A stretch of DNA of 64,000 nucleotides from an uncultured Alphaproteobacteria bacterium (lineage in GTDB: Bacteria > Pseudomonadota > Alphaproteobacteria > RF32 > CAG-239). The position numbers and the translations under genes are program-made. Position 1 is the stretch's first letter. Each line of letters begins with the position of its first letter. Below are positions 48,741 through 58,669 of the stretch, in pieces. The notes under the pieces were generated by a model. It saw only the letters and a program-made list of their open reading frames with translations. It was not told where the DNA came from and did not search any database. Where the stretch lies: assembly GCA_944390315.1 (NCBI GenBank), contig CALXPO010000009.1:10945-74944 (forward strand), in the 5' to 3' direction.

Positions 48741-51215
48741 TTATTTATTTAATTTCGGTTGGAACCATCGGCTGTAAACATAGCTGATAACAAGTAATGA
48801 GCCGGCCAAGCCGAACAGAGCCGAAATTCGCCATATACCGTCCAAAGACGATACGTCATAGATAAAGACTTTGGCAATAACAAAGTAGATGAGGGCAAAG
48901 GCCGGTTTGATAAGCGATGTTTCTTTCAGACCGATAACCAACCACAGACAGCCGAGTAAAAGCCAAGCGGCGGAATAAGCAAAGATACCGCTGTCGGTAA
49001 AAATGATGCCGTCGAGATAAAGTGTTTGATAAAATCCCAAGGTCAGTATTCCCGAAACCAAAACAAAAGAACTCAAAGCCGTCATATAGGTCCACCAAGT
49101 TCTGTTGGCATTGTTTTCTTTCAAAGCGGTAACGGCAAAAATTGCTACGGGCACGGCATACGCAAATAGGAACTCACCCCAAGATAAAGTTTCGCGGTTA
49201 AAAAAGGGTGAACCGAAAAGAAAGTTAATGATGAACAGTCGCCATAATCCGGCAGCGGTAATCCAAGAAAAAACGTTGCGACGGGTGTAGGCATAGCCAA
49301 CCGAGCCGAGCAGAAGCAGATTGGTAATAATCGCACAATCGGTGAATGTCGGGACTATTCTTGCTGTCTGAGCTATTTGCATCTTAATTTGCATATAGAA
49401 AGAAAATACGGCAAATAAAATGAGTAAGCCTGAGTAAACCGAGCTTAAAGCGCGAGCGGTATTTGTCTTGGTAATATAGGCCAAATAAACCAGACCGCAG
49501 GCGGGAATCAAGAGGTAAGACCAGTAATAGTCAGGAGTTAGATTCCTTAACAAATAAGCTTGTTCCCATATCGGGGCCAAAAACAGCAGACCCGCTATTT
49601 TCATAATGTTTTCGACTTCGAGAATTGCCAGAAGTGCGGCAGCGATACCAATTCCTTTTTCCAATTTTTTAATGTGGAACTTGTTTTGTAAAGAAACCAA
49701 AACAATCAGTTCTGCCGTGATGATTATCGGCCAAAATTCTATTTTGAAGAAATCTGCAAAGGCAAGAGTTGATACTGCTGCCGCCGATAAAATCAGATGT
49801 GACGCACAAAGGTTAAGTTTATCATCAGTCAAATCAAAGCGGATAACCAATATTGCAAAAGCCAAAGCCGTTATCAGTCCCAGACAAGGCAGAATGATAC
49901 CGTCGGGCAAAAGATAGTAGGCCAACGCATAAATCAGCGGAGCGCTGACGGTCGGTAAGGTTACAAACTCTTTTTGCCGTTTGAACCATAACATAATATA
50001 TGAGGGCAACAAGGTTATTAGGGCAAAGCCGCCGATGGTGATTTGTTTTGTATTTGTGTTTCCGTCGCTTCCCAAGATAAGCATAAAAACGGCAGCGGTG
50101 GCGGCATAGAGTAAAGACGCATAATTTTTGTGTTCAAACAGATTGAGAACATTTAATCCGAGCAGCAATATTCCGACTATTCCCCATTCAAACATTCCAA
50201 AATCTGTTTTTATCAAAGCGGCAAAGGCAAAGGTAATACAAAATGCTTGGGATATTATCCGCAGTATTTTGCCGTCTTCTTTGCGGAACATTGACAAACA
50301 TAACATACTGATGCCGACGCCAAGCAGGAACATCCAAGCCGAATCAAAATCAACAAAGAACAAAAACAGCCAGACAAAGAGCCAAATATAAAGTCCGCAC
50401 AAGGCCAACATTACCAACCATAAGCAAACGAGCCATTTGCCGATGAACATGATTGCCGAAGTAAAAATGAACAGATAAAGGCAAAATTCGATAATATTTC
50501 CTTTTGCACTCAAAGCCAAAGCAGGAGTTAAAAATCCGCCGACAAGCGCCAGAACGGCGGTGGCTTTACCTTTAAAAGTAAGGGTTAAGGCAATGGAGAT
50601 AATTGTCGTCAGGCACATCAAAACAAAAGCTGTTTCTGAAGAAATCAACTGATAGATTTGCGATGAAGCATAAGCCGCAAAATAGAAAGCGGCAATTCCG
50701 GTTCCGTTTAGAACTTCGCCGATGGTTTGATAATTGGCAAGTTTCTTTTTATATAAAATCAGACTGCCGAGAATAATCAGGACAATTCCGCTTGCGGTCG
50801 TTATCATCATACGAGCGACAGGCGTAAGCAAACCGTTTTCGATGGAATAGCGTACAAAGTAGAAAAATCCCAAGACGGCGGCAAAGCCGGCAATCCAAGA
50901 AATAAGTTTTTGACCGAGAAAATTGATATCTTGATTTTTGGCAGCGGTGAAAGATGCTTCAGTTGGAGGTTGAGGTTGTACCATTGACGGCATGGGTTCT
51001 GTTGTAACAGAAATAGGTTGTAAAGGAGGTTGAAACGGCTTTTGCTCTTGAATAACCGTTTTTTCTTCCGCTCTTTCCGATTTTTGTTGCTCGAGTTGTT
51101 GCAAACGAAACCGAAGTTGTTTTATGTCCGATTTGGCACTTACAACCATAATATACAAAATAAAGATAATCAGCCAGATAAACATTTCCATCAATTTTCC
51201 ATAAGAGTTAATCAA
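48741..51215 (-). CDS. Very large polytopic membrane protein (DUF2339-like)
   Basis: 824 aa. N-terminal TM plus coiled coil (LRFRLQQLEQQKSERAEEK) and Pro/Gln-rich linker, then more than 20 predicted TM helices. Confidence 0.4.
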   Translation of the reverse strand: MINSYGKLMEMFIWLIIFILYIMVVSAKSDIKQLRFRLQQLEQQKSERAEEKTVIQEQKPFQPPLQPISVTTEPMPSMVQPQPPTEASFTAAKNQDINFLGQKLISWIAGFAAVLGFFYFVRYSIENGLLTPVARMMITTASGIVLIILGSLILYKKKLANYQTIGEVLNGTGIAAFYFAAYASSQIYQLISSETAFVLMCLTTIISIALTLTFKGKATAVLALVGGFLTPALALSAKGNIIEFCLYLFIFTSAIMFIGKWLVCLWLVMLALCGLYIWLFVWLFLFFVDFDSAWMFLLGVGISMLCLSMFRKEDGKILRIISQAFCITFAFAALIKTDFGMFEWGIVGILLLGLNVLNLFEHKNYASLLYAATAAVFMLILGSDGNTNTKQITIGGFALITLLPSYIMLWFKRQKEFVTLPTVSAPLIYALAYYLLPDGIILPCLGLITALAFAILVIRFDLTDDKLNLCASHLILSAAAVSTLAFADFFKIEFWPIIITAELIVLVSLQNKFHIKKLEKGIGIAAALLAILEVENIMKIAGLLFLAPIWEQAYLLRNLTPDYYWSYLLIPACGLVYLAYITKTNTARALSSVYSGLLILFAVFSFYMQIKMQIAQTARIVPTFTDCAIITNLLLLGSVGYAYTRRNVFSWITAAGLWRLFIINFLFGSPFFNRETLSWGEFLFAYAVPVAIFAVTALKENNANRTWWTYMTALSSFVLVSGILTLGFYQTLYLDGIIFTDSGIFAYSAAWLLLGCLWLVIGLKETSLIKPAFALIYFVIAKVFIYDVSSLDGIWRISALFGLAGSLLVISYVYSRWFQPKLNK

Positions 51216-51326
51216 TATGAGAAGATGTTAGTGCTTTAACTTGTGCTAAACAAGCGATTTTGCGTTTTTATACATTGAATTTTTTTTGTCTTTGTTTTAT
51301 GCTTGCTTAAATAAAGGAGAACCAAT

Positions 51327-52394
51327 ATGCAAAAAACCAAAGAAATCATCAATCAGTTGGAGGAGCTTAAAACAAAATCTTCGTCCGTAACCAAGAAAAA
51401 AATACGCCCCGGAAAAATAGAATCTGTCGGCGGTTTTTTGAATAACGGTGCCGTATCTTTACGTTTTATTTTTCACGAAAGAGAAAATATTGTTTTTGCA
51501 CTGCTGCAGTTGGTGGTTATCGGAATTATGTATTTCATATGGGCAAAGAGTTTGTCCTTTATTCCCGAAGACTATTGGCGGGATGATAATACCGATGATT
51601 TGGTTTCCGTTATTGTCTTATTATGGTCGTTTGTTTTGGTTGGAATTGCAACTTTTCCTTTAGGACTGCTTACGGCTTGTATGTGCGCTTCTTATCTGTT
51701 GCATTTTGAAGGACGTGATTCTACTGTTGCGGAATGCTTGAAAATTGTGCTGCCGAAATCTTGGAGTATATGGATATTCAGTTGGTTCGACGGTTGGTGG
51801 ACGGCTTGGCAGATATTGGAAAGATTGCCAAAGAAAAATGATAAGACGCCTTTGACCGTTAAACTTGCTCATGAGGCAGCTTATCAAGCATGGAAAATAG
51901 CATCTCTCGGTGTAATTCCGTCGTTGCTTTCGGGAAACGGCATTGCTGAAGCTGCCAAAAACTCAATATCTTTGTTATCTTCCAAATTTTCAATGCTTGC
52001 CAAACTGAGATTGGGATATTCGCTCATTTGTTGGATATTTGGAATAGGCGCTTATATTTCGATGTTTTTTTTAATTAGTCATTTGAGTGATGTTCCCGCG
52101 TTTGCAACCTTATTTAAAACCGTCAGCGGATTTTATTTGTTTGCTGGAATCCCGACAATAGCGGCATTAGTATTTGTTATGTTAATTTTTCGTCCGATTT
52201 ATATTATTTCGGCTTGTCGAATTTATGCCTATAATGCTCGTGAACACAATCAACCGATTTTGTTGCCTGAACCTATGCCAAGAATCTTAAGTGCATTTGT
52301 ATTCTTTGTTGCTTTGGTTATTATTGCCTTTGTCGCATGGCAATATGTATCATATTTCGGCGGTGACAATTTATTGAATTTGTTGCCTAAATAA
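51327..52394 (+). CDS. Membrane protein of unknown function
   Basis: 355 aa. Soluble ~50 aa N-terminus then about 8 TM helices. AAGGAGA RBS. Confidence 0.45.
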   Translation: MQKTKEIINQLEELKTKSSSVTKKKIRPGKIESVGGFLNNGAVSLRFIFHERENIVFALLQLVVIGIMYFIWAKSLSFIPEDYWRDDNTDDLVSVIVLLWSFVLVGIATFPLGLLTACMCASYLLHFEGRDSTVAECLKIVLPKSWSIWIFSWFDGWWTAWQILERLPKKNDKTPLTVKLAHEAAYQAWKIASLGVIPSLLSGNGIAEAAKNSISLLSSKFSMLAKLRLGYSLICWIFGIGAYISMFFLISHLSDVPAFATLFKTVSGFYLFAGIPTIAALVFVMLIFRPIYIISACRIYAYNAREHNQPILLPEPMPRILSAFVFFVALVIIAFVAWQYVSYFGGDNLLNLLPK

Positions 52395-52397
52395 TGT

Positions 52398-53222
52398 TTA
52401 GAAATTGTATGCTTTCCCTTTGTAGACGGCAAGTATAATATTTTGTTTGACGAAGGGGCGCTGGTTGCTTTGTACAAAAGTTAAAGTCGAAGTTTCTTTA
52501 TTGTAACCGCAGCCGATATAGCCTCTTGCCAAAAGTTTATCAATAAGATTAAAACTTGCAAAATGAACGTTCACTCCACGTGGGGGAAGGTCGGTTTTCG
52601 TTTTTAAGTTATGGTGCATTAAAGCAATTTTGCCGCCGTCGGCAGGATCAATTGCGGTGGCATACATTCTGAAACCGTTGTTAAAATAGGGCGGCATATT
52701 CCAATGATTGCTGCGGTCGATAATTGAAGCGGCACCGTTGCAGTGTAGATTTTTTGCCAGTTCCAAACGATAATCAATCATAATTTGGTTGAGATTGTTT
52801 CCTCTGTAAGCCGGCAAAACACTATCCGCACCGAGTGCGGCTATTCGTGTGTCGGAAGTTTTGAAAAAATTGAGCGGACTGTTGGGAATTTCGTCGGAAA
52901 ATTGTTGATGGTTGCGGCAAATCTTCAGATATGACATGGCAATCAATTTTTCCCCGACAAAAACACCGATATATTGTGTATCTGGATTTTTAATGGCTTG
53001 ATGATAGTAAGAAGTTTCGTGTTTGTGGATAAAACACTCTTCACCCAAACCGAGGTGGCGGTATATCTCTGCGGATAAGATACCCATATTTTCGGCGTCA
53101 TTACCGGAAAGCGGACGAATAGTGAAATGGGGTCCGTTATCAACTTTTTGACCGTCAATTTTATTTAATCTTCCGCGCCAAACAGAATGTCCGTTTATTG
53201 TATATTTTTGTATATTATTCAT
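52398..53222 (-). CDS. Hypothetical cytoplasmic protein, possibly GNAT-fold
   Basis: 274 aa, no TM. Weak acyl-CoA-binding-like motif (SVLPAYRGNNLNQIM). Convergent with the preceding membrane protein with a 3-nt gap. Confidence 0.35.
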   Translation of the reverse strand: MNNIQKYTINGHSVWRGRLNKIDGQKVDNGPHFTIRPLSGNDAENMGILSAEIYRHLGLGEECFIHKHETSYYHQAIKNPDTQYIGVFVGEKLIAMSYLKICRNHQQFSDEIPNSPLNFFKTSDTRIAALGADSVLPAYRGNNLNQIMIDYRLELAKNLHCNGAASIIDRSNHWNMPPYFNNGFRMYATAIDPADGGKIALMHHNLKTKTDLPPRGVNVHFASFNLIDKLLARGYIGCGYNKETSTLTFVQSNQRPFVKQNIILAVYKGKAYNF

Positions 53223-53240
53223 TTTCTGCTCTCTCTAACA

Positions 53241-53270
53241 AAAAAAAAGGCGGGATAAACCCGCCTTATC
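53241..53270 (-). terminator. Rho-independent terminator (minus strand)
   Basis: On the minus strand: aggcgggtttatcccgcc followed by tttttttttg. 7-bp GC stem plus a 9-T run downstream of the Cys-rich secreted protein gene. Confidence 0.7.
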
Positions 53271-53444
53271 TTTGAACTGTATATTTCTAACACATACATA
53301 CAAACCCATACGGCGGGAAATAAATTTCCAGACGTTTAGATTTGATTTGTTTTATAAAGTTAGAAATCACAATTAACCTCATTATTTGTGTATCAACTAT
53401 TTTCAAAAATATAGATAAAGCGTCGGTGAGTCAAGAATTTTTTA

Positions 53445-54620
53445 TTATTTTGCGTTATTCTTTTGTTGCAATAAAATTTCTGCCGCGTATTTATCTTGTG
53501 CTTCAAAATTTTCCCAATTGATATATACAGTCGAAATATAGGCGACGCGGCTTTGGTCTTTTATCGCCTCTAAACCGTCCGGAAAAATAATTTGTACGCG
53601 TAGCATCCACGGTTTATCGAGCCAATAATAGGTATCCGAATAGTAAGTTTTGAGTTTTTGACAATCACTTTTTTCAAAATTTACAAAATTTTTGGTTTGA
53701 CATTCTTTTTGCAGAACATTCGTATTGATAAATTCGTGGATATCACATATTCCCGAACAGCCGTTCTTTTTGATATTTTTACGTCTGATGCTCACGGTTG
53801 CCGGTCCGTATTCTTTTAGCAAGTTTTCGACAATCTGCTTATAGCTGAGGTAACGGACATCGGGTGAAACGGACGGTTGATCGTTATACAAACCAAAGGG
53901 GACAATCGAAACAATGTTTTCGTAATGATTTGTTCCGAGCAAAAATCCTTTGCCTTTACATTTGGTTACCGTATAGGGAACTTCGCGGTATTGGCAAAAC
54001 ATATCTTCAAAATTTTGATAATTTGCTTGGCAGGCTTGCATAACTTCCACTTTTGCCAATCCGTCTGCATGGTCAATTGATTTGAGACAATTGAGATAAC
54101 TTATTCTTTTTCTGCTTTCACAATTATCTTCGTAAATACGTCGTGTATGGGTTTCGGTTACGATATTATCGCAATAATAGCCGTATTTCGTATTCCATGA
54201 ACCGTTTTTGGCGTCAGAAAACATAAAACTCTCGCGATAGGCATCGGGGATATGAGCCCAACAATCACCGGTAATTGTCTTTAAAAATGACATATCCGGT
54301 TCATAGTCCGAAAGTTTTACTTTTCTGGTTGCTATATCATTAAAATCGAGCCCCGATATTTTAAATTTGGATAAGTCTGCCGTTTTGGCGTATTTCATAG
54401 AAGGGTGTTCAAATTTGGTACCTTTTAAGGCTTTGAGATAATCTCTGAGATTTTCTTTTTCTTTCTCATTGATTTTATCGGCATACATATGTTCGCAAAC
54501 GCCGCCGTTAAGGAGCCTGTCATATCGATTTATAACTTCAACACTGACGACTTGAGCGGCTTTGCAATCAGCCGAAATTGATAAGAAAAGCAGAGCTATG
54601 GCAGTAAGTGTTTTTTTCAT
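53445..54620 (-). CDS. Secreted cysteine-rich protein of unknown function
   Basis: Signal peptide MKKTLTAIALLFLSISADCKA. About 20 Cys residues spread over 391 aa. 10-nt gap from the upstream ankyrin gene (operon). Confidence 0.5.
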   Translation of the reverse strand: MKKTLTAIALLFLSISADCKAAQVVSVEVINRYDRLLNGGVCEHMYADKINEKEKENLRDYLKALKGTKFEHPSMKYAKTADLSKFKISGLDFNDIATRKVKLSDYEPDMSFLKTITGDCWAHIPDAYRESFMFSDAKNGSWNTKYGYYCDNIVTETHTRRIYEDNCESRKRISYLNCLKSIDHADGLAKVEVMQACQANYQNFEDMFCQYREVPYTVTKCKGKGFLLGTNHYENIVSIVPFGLYNDQPSVSPDVRYLSYKQIVENLLKEYGPATVSIRRKNIKKNGCSGICDIHEFINTNVLQKECQTKNFVNFEKSDCQKLKTYYSDTYYWLDKPWMLRVQIIFPDGLEAIKDQSRVAYISTVYINWENFEAQDKYAAEILLQQKNNAK

Positions 54621-54629
54621 ATCTGTTTC

Positions 54630-55640
54630 CTAAAAAAGTTTGTCACCTTCAAGCTCTTGTAATTCATTATTTAATTTTTGACGTTTGGCCTGTTGTTTTT
54701 GCTCTTTTGCTTTTTTGATGTGATTGCGGATAAGTTGTACTTTTTCGGGAGAATCACAGTCGGTTGCCATATAACCGTTGATATCTTTGGCGTAAACATT
54801 GGCTCCGCTATCAAGCAAAAGTTTAACGACTTGTTTTGAAATGGCAGGACTGCAGGTTGCCCAAATCAAAGGCGTGTCTTTTTCTTCGGTGGGCAGAACT
54901 TCATTAACATTTGCTCCGTTTTTGATAGCTCCTTTGTATAGAGCAATATCGTTATAAATCTTTTCATTCTCAGAAAGCATTATATTTTTCAGAGGAAGTT
55001 TGGCTCCGGCGTTTAGCAAAACTTTGGCGTTTTCGTATTGTCTGTTGGTGACGGCAAATGTGACGGCAGAGTATCCCTGAAAATCTTTGCTTTCTAATTT
55101 TGCACCGTTTTTGAGTAATGTTTTAATTATTTCGGGATTGGAATTGTATGTAGCGGCAAACATTAGGGGGGTTTGTTGATGATTTTCGGTGTCATTGACG
55201 TTTGCTCCTTTTTTGAGGAGTTCTTTTATTATTTGCGGATTTTGATTCATTTGAGCAGCAAAAATAATCGGAGATCTGCCTGTTTTGCTGCGTTCGTTTA
55301 TGTCAGCTCCGTTTTTGATTAACAAATCTATTTTTTCGGGATTTTGCGAGAATGCAGCGACTCCCATTAATACCGACATATCGTATTTCTCATTGTAAGC
55401 TTTTACATCAGCTCCTTTTTCTATCAGTGTTTGGCAGGCTTCGGTAGATTCAAAAGTAATCAGAGGAAAGGGGCGTTCGAAAGATGAATATTCGTTAACA
55501 TCTGCTCCTTTTTGTATTTCCTCATGGAATTTTTCCATAGAAACTTCACCGTTTTCGGAGATGGCATTGTAGACAGACGGGGTAGAGCAACTGCAGAGTA
55601 AAGTTGATGCGAATAAGGCGGTATATATTGATTTTTTCAT
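54630..55640 (-). CDS. Ankyrin-repeat protein with signal peptide / possible lipobox
   Basis: N-terminus MKKSIYTALFASTLLCSCS. At least 6 ankyrin repeats (…LIEKGADVKAYN…, …LIKNGADINERSKTGRSPIIFAA…, …LLKKGANVNDTENHQQTPLMFAA…, …LLKNGAKLESKD…, …LLNAGAKL…, …LLDSGANVYAKDINGYMA…). Confidence 0.8.
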   Translation of the reverse strand: MKKSIYTALFASTLLCSCSTPSVYNAISENGEVSMEKFHEEIQKGADVNEYSSFERPFPLITFESTEACQTLIEKGADVKAYNEKYDMSVLMGVAAFSQNPEKIDLLIKNGADINERSKTGRSPIIFAAQMNQNPQIIKELLKKGANVNDTENHQQTPLMFAATYNSNPEIIKTLLKNGAKLESKDFQGYSAVTFAVTNRQYENAKVLLNAGAKLPLKNIMLSENEKIYNDIALYKGAIKNGANVNEVLPTEEKDTPLIWATCSPAISKQVVKLLLDSGANVYAKDINGYMATDCDSPEKVQLIRNHIKKAKEQKQQAKRQKLNNELQELEGDKLF

Positions 55641-55792
55641 ATGTCAGTCCTTTAGTCTTTGATATAAAAATATAATTATTACCAAGAGTTATTGCGTTCT
55701 ATGTTAGACTGATAAAATTTTGAGTCAACAAGAAAAAACATATGCACAAACAGATACAAAAAAACCTGCTTTAACAGCAGGTCTTTTCTATC

Positions 55793-55869
55793 TGGTCGGG
55801 ACGAGAGGATTCGAACCTCCGACTTCTTGCACCCCATGCAAGCGCTCTACCAGGCTGAACTACGTCCCG
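55793..55869 (-). tRNA. tRNA-Pro (anticodon GGG)
   Basis: Reverse complement reads CGGGACGTAGTTCAGCCTGGTAGAGCGCTTGCATGGGGTGCAAGAAGTCGGAGGTTCGAATCCTCTCGTCCCGACCA. 7-bp acceptor stem, D-arm GTTC/GAGC, anticodon stem CTTGC/GCAAG, loop AUGGGGU (GGG), T-arm GGAGGTTCGAATCCTCC, encoded CCA. Confidence 0.85.
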
Positions 55870-56033
55870 AATTCGTCTATGACAACTAGCACTTTGATGC
55901 AGCTTAGTCAATATCTTTTTGCGTTTTTTTAGAAAAACTATTTTGTTTTTTATAAATGATATTGCTTCTTGAATTAAAGTATAAAGCTATGCTATGATTA
56001 ACAACAATACGTAATATAAAAATAGGTATAACT

Positions 56034-57002
56034 ATGTCTAATCGCCTAAATATTTGTCTGAGCTCCGATAATAATTATGTGCAACATATGGCGGTGACAA
56101 TTCAGTCACTGATTGATAATCATTTAAATAATGAACTCTTTATATATGTTCTGGATACAGATATATCTGAAGAAAATAAGACAAAAATCTTGTCGCTAAA
56201 AAGAGATAATGTTCAGATTATCTTTAAAAAAATTAATGAAGATTTATTCAAAGATTATAATTTTTCAGAAAAAAGCCATTTCACCTCAGCCATTTTTAAT
56301 CGTTTTAAAATTCCTGAGTTTTTTTCAAATTTAGATAGAGTTCTTTATATGGATGTCGATATTGTCGTTATGCAGAACTTATCCGATTTCTATAATATGG
56401 ATATGGAAGGTAAAGCTCTGGCAATGATTGCCGATTGGAACGAAAATATTCATAAAAAAAGAATGAATATCCAGAAATATTATAATTCAGGTGTTATGTT
56501 GTTTGATATCAAAAAATGTTTGCAACTCGATGTCTATAACCTTTTGATGAATGCTCTTAAAAACAATAAGCTCAATTTGAAAATGCCCGATCAGGATATT
56601 ATTAATCTGACTTGTCAAGAAATCATAAAACCGGTTGATTTTACCTGCAATACACAAATTCATCCTAATCTGTCCGATAATGTCAAATGGATTAATGATA
56701 ATATTGATAAAGTGAAAATTTTACACTACACCAGCCAGCAAAAACCCTGGAAACCAAAATTTGTGCCTTTTGAAGAATATTATTTCAAATATCTGCAAAT
56801 GACGCCTTGGAAAGAAAATGCAGAGGCTGTGATTTTTAGAAAAAAAATACGAAAAATCAGAGATTTTATATTTTCAACGGAAAAAATTGACCATAATATA
56901 AAATATCTCAAATTTATGGGCATAAAATGGTTTACCAGAGTTAAAATTAACGGCGAAAAACGTTTTTATTTTCTCGGGCTCAATATCTATAATCAAAAAT
57001 AA
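56034..57002 (+). CDS. Glycosyltransferase family 8 (LPS glucosyl/galactosyltransferase-like)
   Basis: GT8 motifs: LYMDVDIVV (DxD), YYNSGVMLFD, HYTSQQKPW. Confidence 0.75.
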   Translation: MSNRLNICLSSDNNYVQHMAVTIQSLIDNHLNNELFIYVLDTDISEENKTKILSLKRDNVQIIFKKINEDLFKDYNFSEKSHFTSAIFNRFKIPEFFSNLDRVLYMDVDIVVMQNLSDFYNMDMEGKALAMIADWNENIHKKRMNIQKYYNSGVMLFDIKKCLQLDVYNLLMNALKNNKLNLKMPDQDIINLTCQEIIKPVDFTCNTQIHPNLSDNVKWINDNIDKVKILHYTSQQKPWKPKFVPFEEYYFKYLQMTPWKENAEAVIFRKKIRKIRDFIFSTEKIDHNIKYLKFMGIKWFTRVKINGEKRFYFLGLNIYNQK

Positions 57003-57066
57003 GGAGATTTTTGCCGTTCTTCCGTTGACATTGCCGTTATGATATTATAGAACAAAATAAGAACAA

Positions 57067-58230
57067 ATGGAGAAAATAATGCATACGGTGGCCTTGATTG
57101 ATTGTGATTGCTTTTTTGTCAGTTGTGAAAGAAGTGTCGATGATAAACTGAATAATCAACCCGTCTGCGTGGTAACCGGAGATAACGGTTGCGTTGTTTC
57201 TCGTTCCAAAGAAGCTAAAGATGTCGGCGTTAAAATGGGAATGCCTATGTTTATGGCAAAGCAGCAATTTCCGGAAGTTATTTATAAAAATGCAAGACAT
57301 ACTTTGTACCACCACATTTCTGAACAAGTTATGGATTGTTTGAAACAAATGTTACCTGAAGTCGAAGTTGTTTCCGTCGATGAGGCTTATGCCGAATTAA
57401 CCTCTCTTGATAAAGTCTATAAACAATCTTTTGCCGAATTGGCCCAAAATATAAAAAATAAAATCTTACAACAAACACAAATTCCGGTTTCTATCGGAAT
57501 TGCTCCTTCAAAATTATTGGCAAAACTAGCTAGTGATAAAGCTAAAAATTGTGGCGGAATTTTCCAAATCGATTTAGAAAATTTACCGGATATTTTAAAA
57601 CACACCGACATTAACGATGTCAGCGGAATAGGGCGTAGTCATTCTAAACTTATGGCTTACCACGGCGTCTTTTCGGCTTTTGATTTCGTTAATCGTCCCG
57701 ATGAAGTTATTCGTAAACAAATGGGGATTATCGGGTTAGATATAAAATATGAGTTGCTCGGTCATTATTTGAAAAAGGTAAATACCAAATCTGAATTGCC
57801 TCAATCTATCCAAGATACATCCGTATTGCCGGCGTTTACTTCAGACAAAGAGGTGATAAAATCGCAATTACGTTATCATTTGCATCAAGCTTGTAGGCGT
57901 ATGCGCTCGGATGGTTGTTATTGTACAATAGTGGAGTTGATGCTCAGAACAAAAGATTTTTATGTGGTATCTGATAAAATAAAATTATCGGCTGCATCCG
58001 ATGATGAATTCTTTATTGCTAAAGAAATGATGCCCTTGTTAGATAAAATTTATCATTCGGAAATTTTATACCGCAGCAGCGGCGTAAGTTTGCTGGGACT
58101 GATATCAAAAACAAATTATCAGCAAGAGCTTTTCAAATCGTTAGAACTCAAAAGTAGCCCGCTTTCTTCTGCTTGGGATGAACTTGAAAACAAATTTGGT
58201 AAAAATATTATCAAAAACGGATGGTCGTAA
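57067..58230 (+). CDS. Y-family DNA polymerase (UmuC/DinB-like, catalytic residues intact)
   Basis: N-terminus VALIDCDCFFVSCE is the Y-family D-x-D…FY/F-x-S-C-E palm motif. 387 aa. No umuD-like gene adjacent. Confidence 0.75.
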   Translation: MEKIMHTVALIDCDCFFVSCERSVDDKLNNQPVCVVTGDNGCVVSRSKEAKDVGVKMGMPMFMAKQQFPEVIYKNARHTLYHHISEQVMDCLKQMLPEVEVVSVDEAYAELTSLDKVYKQSFAELAQNIKNKILQQTQIPVSIGIAPSKLLAKLASDKAKNCGGIFQIDLENLPDILKHTDINDVSGIGRSHSKLMAYHGVFSAFDFVNRPDEVIRKQMGIIGLDIKYELLGHYLKKVNTKSELPQSIQDTSVLPAFTSDKEVIKSQLRYHLHQACRRMRSDGCYCTIVELMLRTKDFYVVSDKIKLSAASDDEFFIAKEMMPLLDKIYHSEILYRSSGVSLLGLISKTNYQQELFKSLELKSSPLSSAWDELENKFGKNIIKNGWS

Positions 58231-58234
58231 ACTG

Positions 58235-58669
58235 TTATCTGCGAAACAAACGATGACTGTTTAAGCTAAAATATATGATGTGAGCAAGCATGGAACTTAA
58301 AGAGATAGCCGCACCGATAATTGATTTAAGCTCTGAGGCTGGGATAAAAGTGCCGACTAATAAGGTGACGGCAGTTATTATCGGGAAAAACGCCGCAGTT
58401 TTTGATAGGTGCAGAGAACGAGATATGAAATAGAGAATTATTCCGGCCACGCTCAGTAAAATTGCCAAATATATTTTGATGGTATTGGATACCGGAGTTG
58501 TTTCAAACCATGGAACTTGCGGCAAATTAGTCGTTTGTAATTCGGTGATGGTCAAATACATAACCAACAGCCATAAGTTAACGGCCAAATATAAAAAGCG
58601 AAAAACAAGATTTCCGTCCAGCCAAAAAATAAGGGCAAAAAGGACAATCAAGAAAATAATTAAAGGCAT
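58235..58669 (-). CDS. Small 4-TM membrane protein
   Basis: 144 aa, hydrophobic. 10-nt overlap with the upstream ogt gene. Confidence 0.45.
   Translation of the reverse strand: MPLIIFLIVLFALIFWLDGNLVFRFLYLAVNLWLLVMYLTITELQTTNLPQVPWFETTPVSNTIKIYLAILLSVAGIILYFISRSLHLSKTAAFFPIITAVTLLVGTFIPASELKSIIGAAISLSSMLAHIIYFSLNSHRLFRR

Noticed and set aside
55720-55932. 70-aa plus-strand ORF
   Set aside because: It completely overlaps the tRNA-Pro gene on the opposite strand and has no RBS. Spurious.
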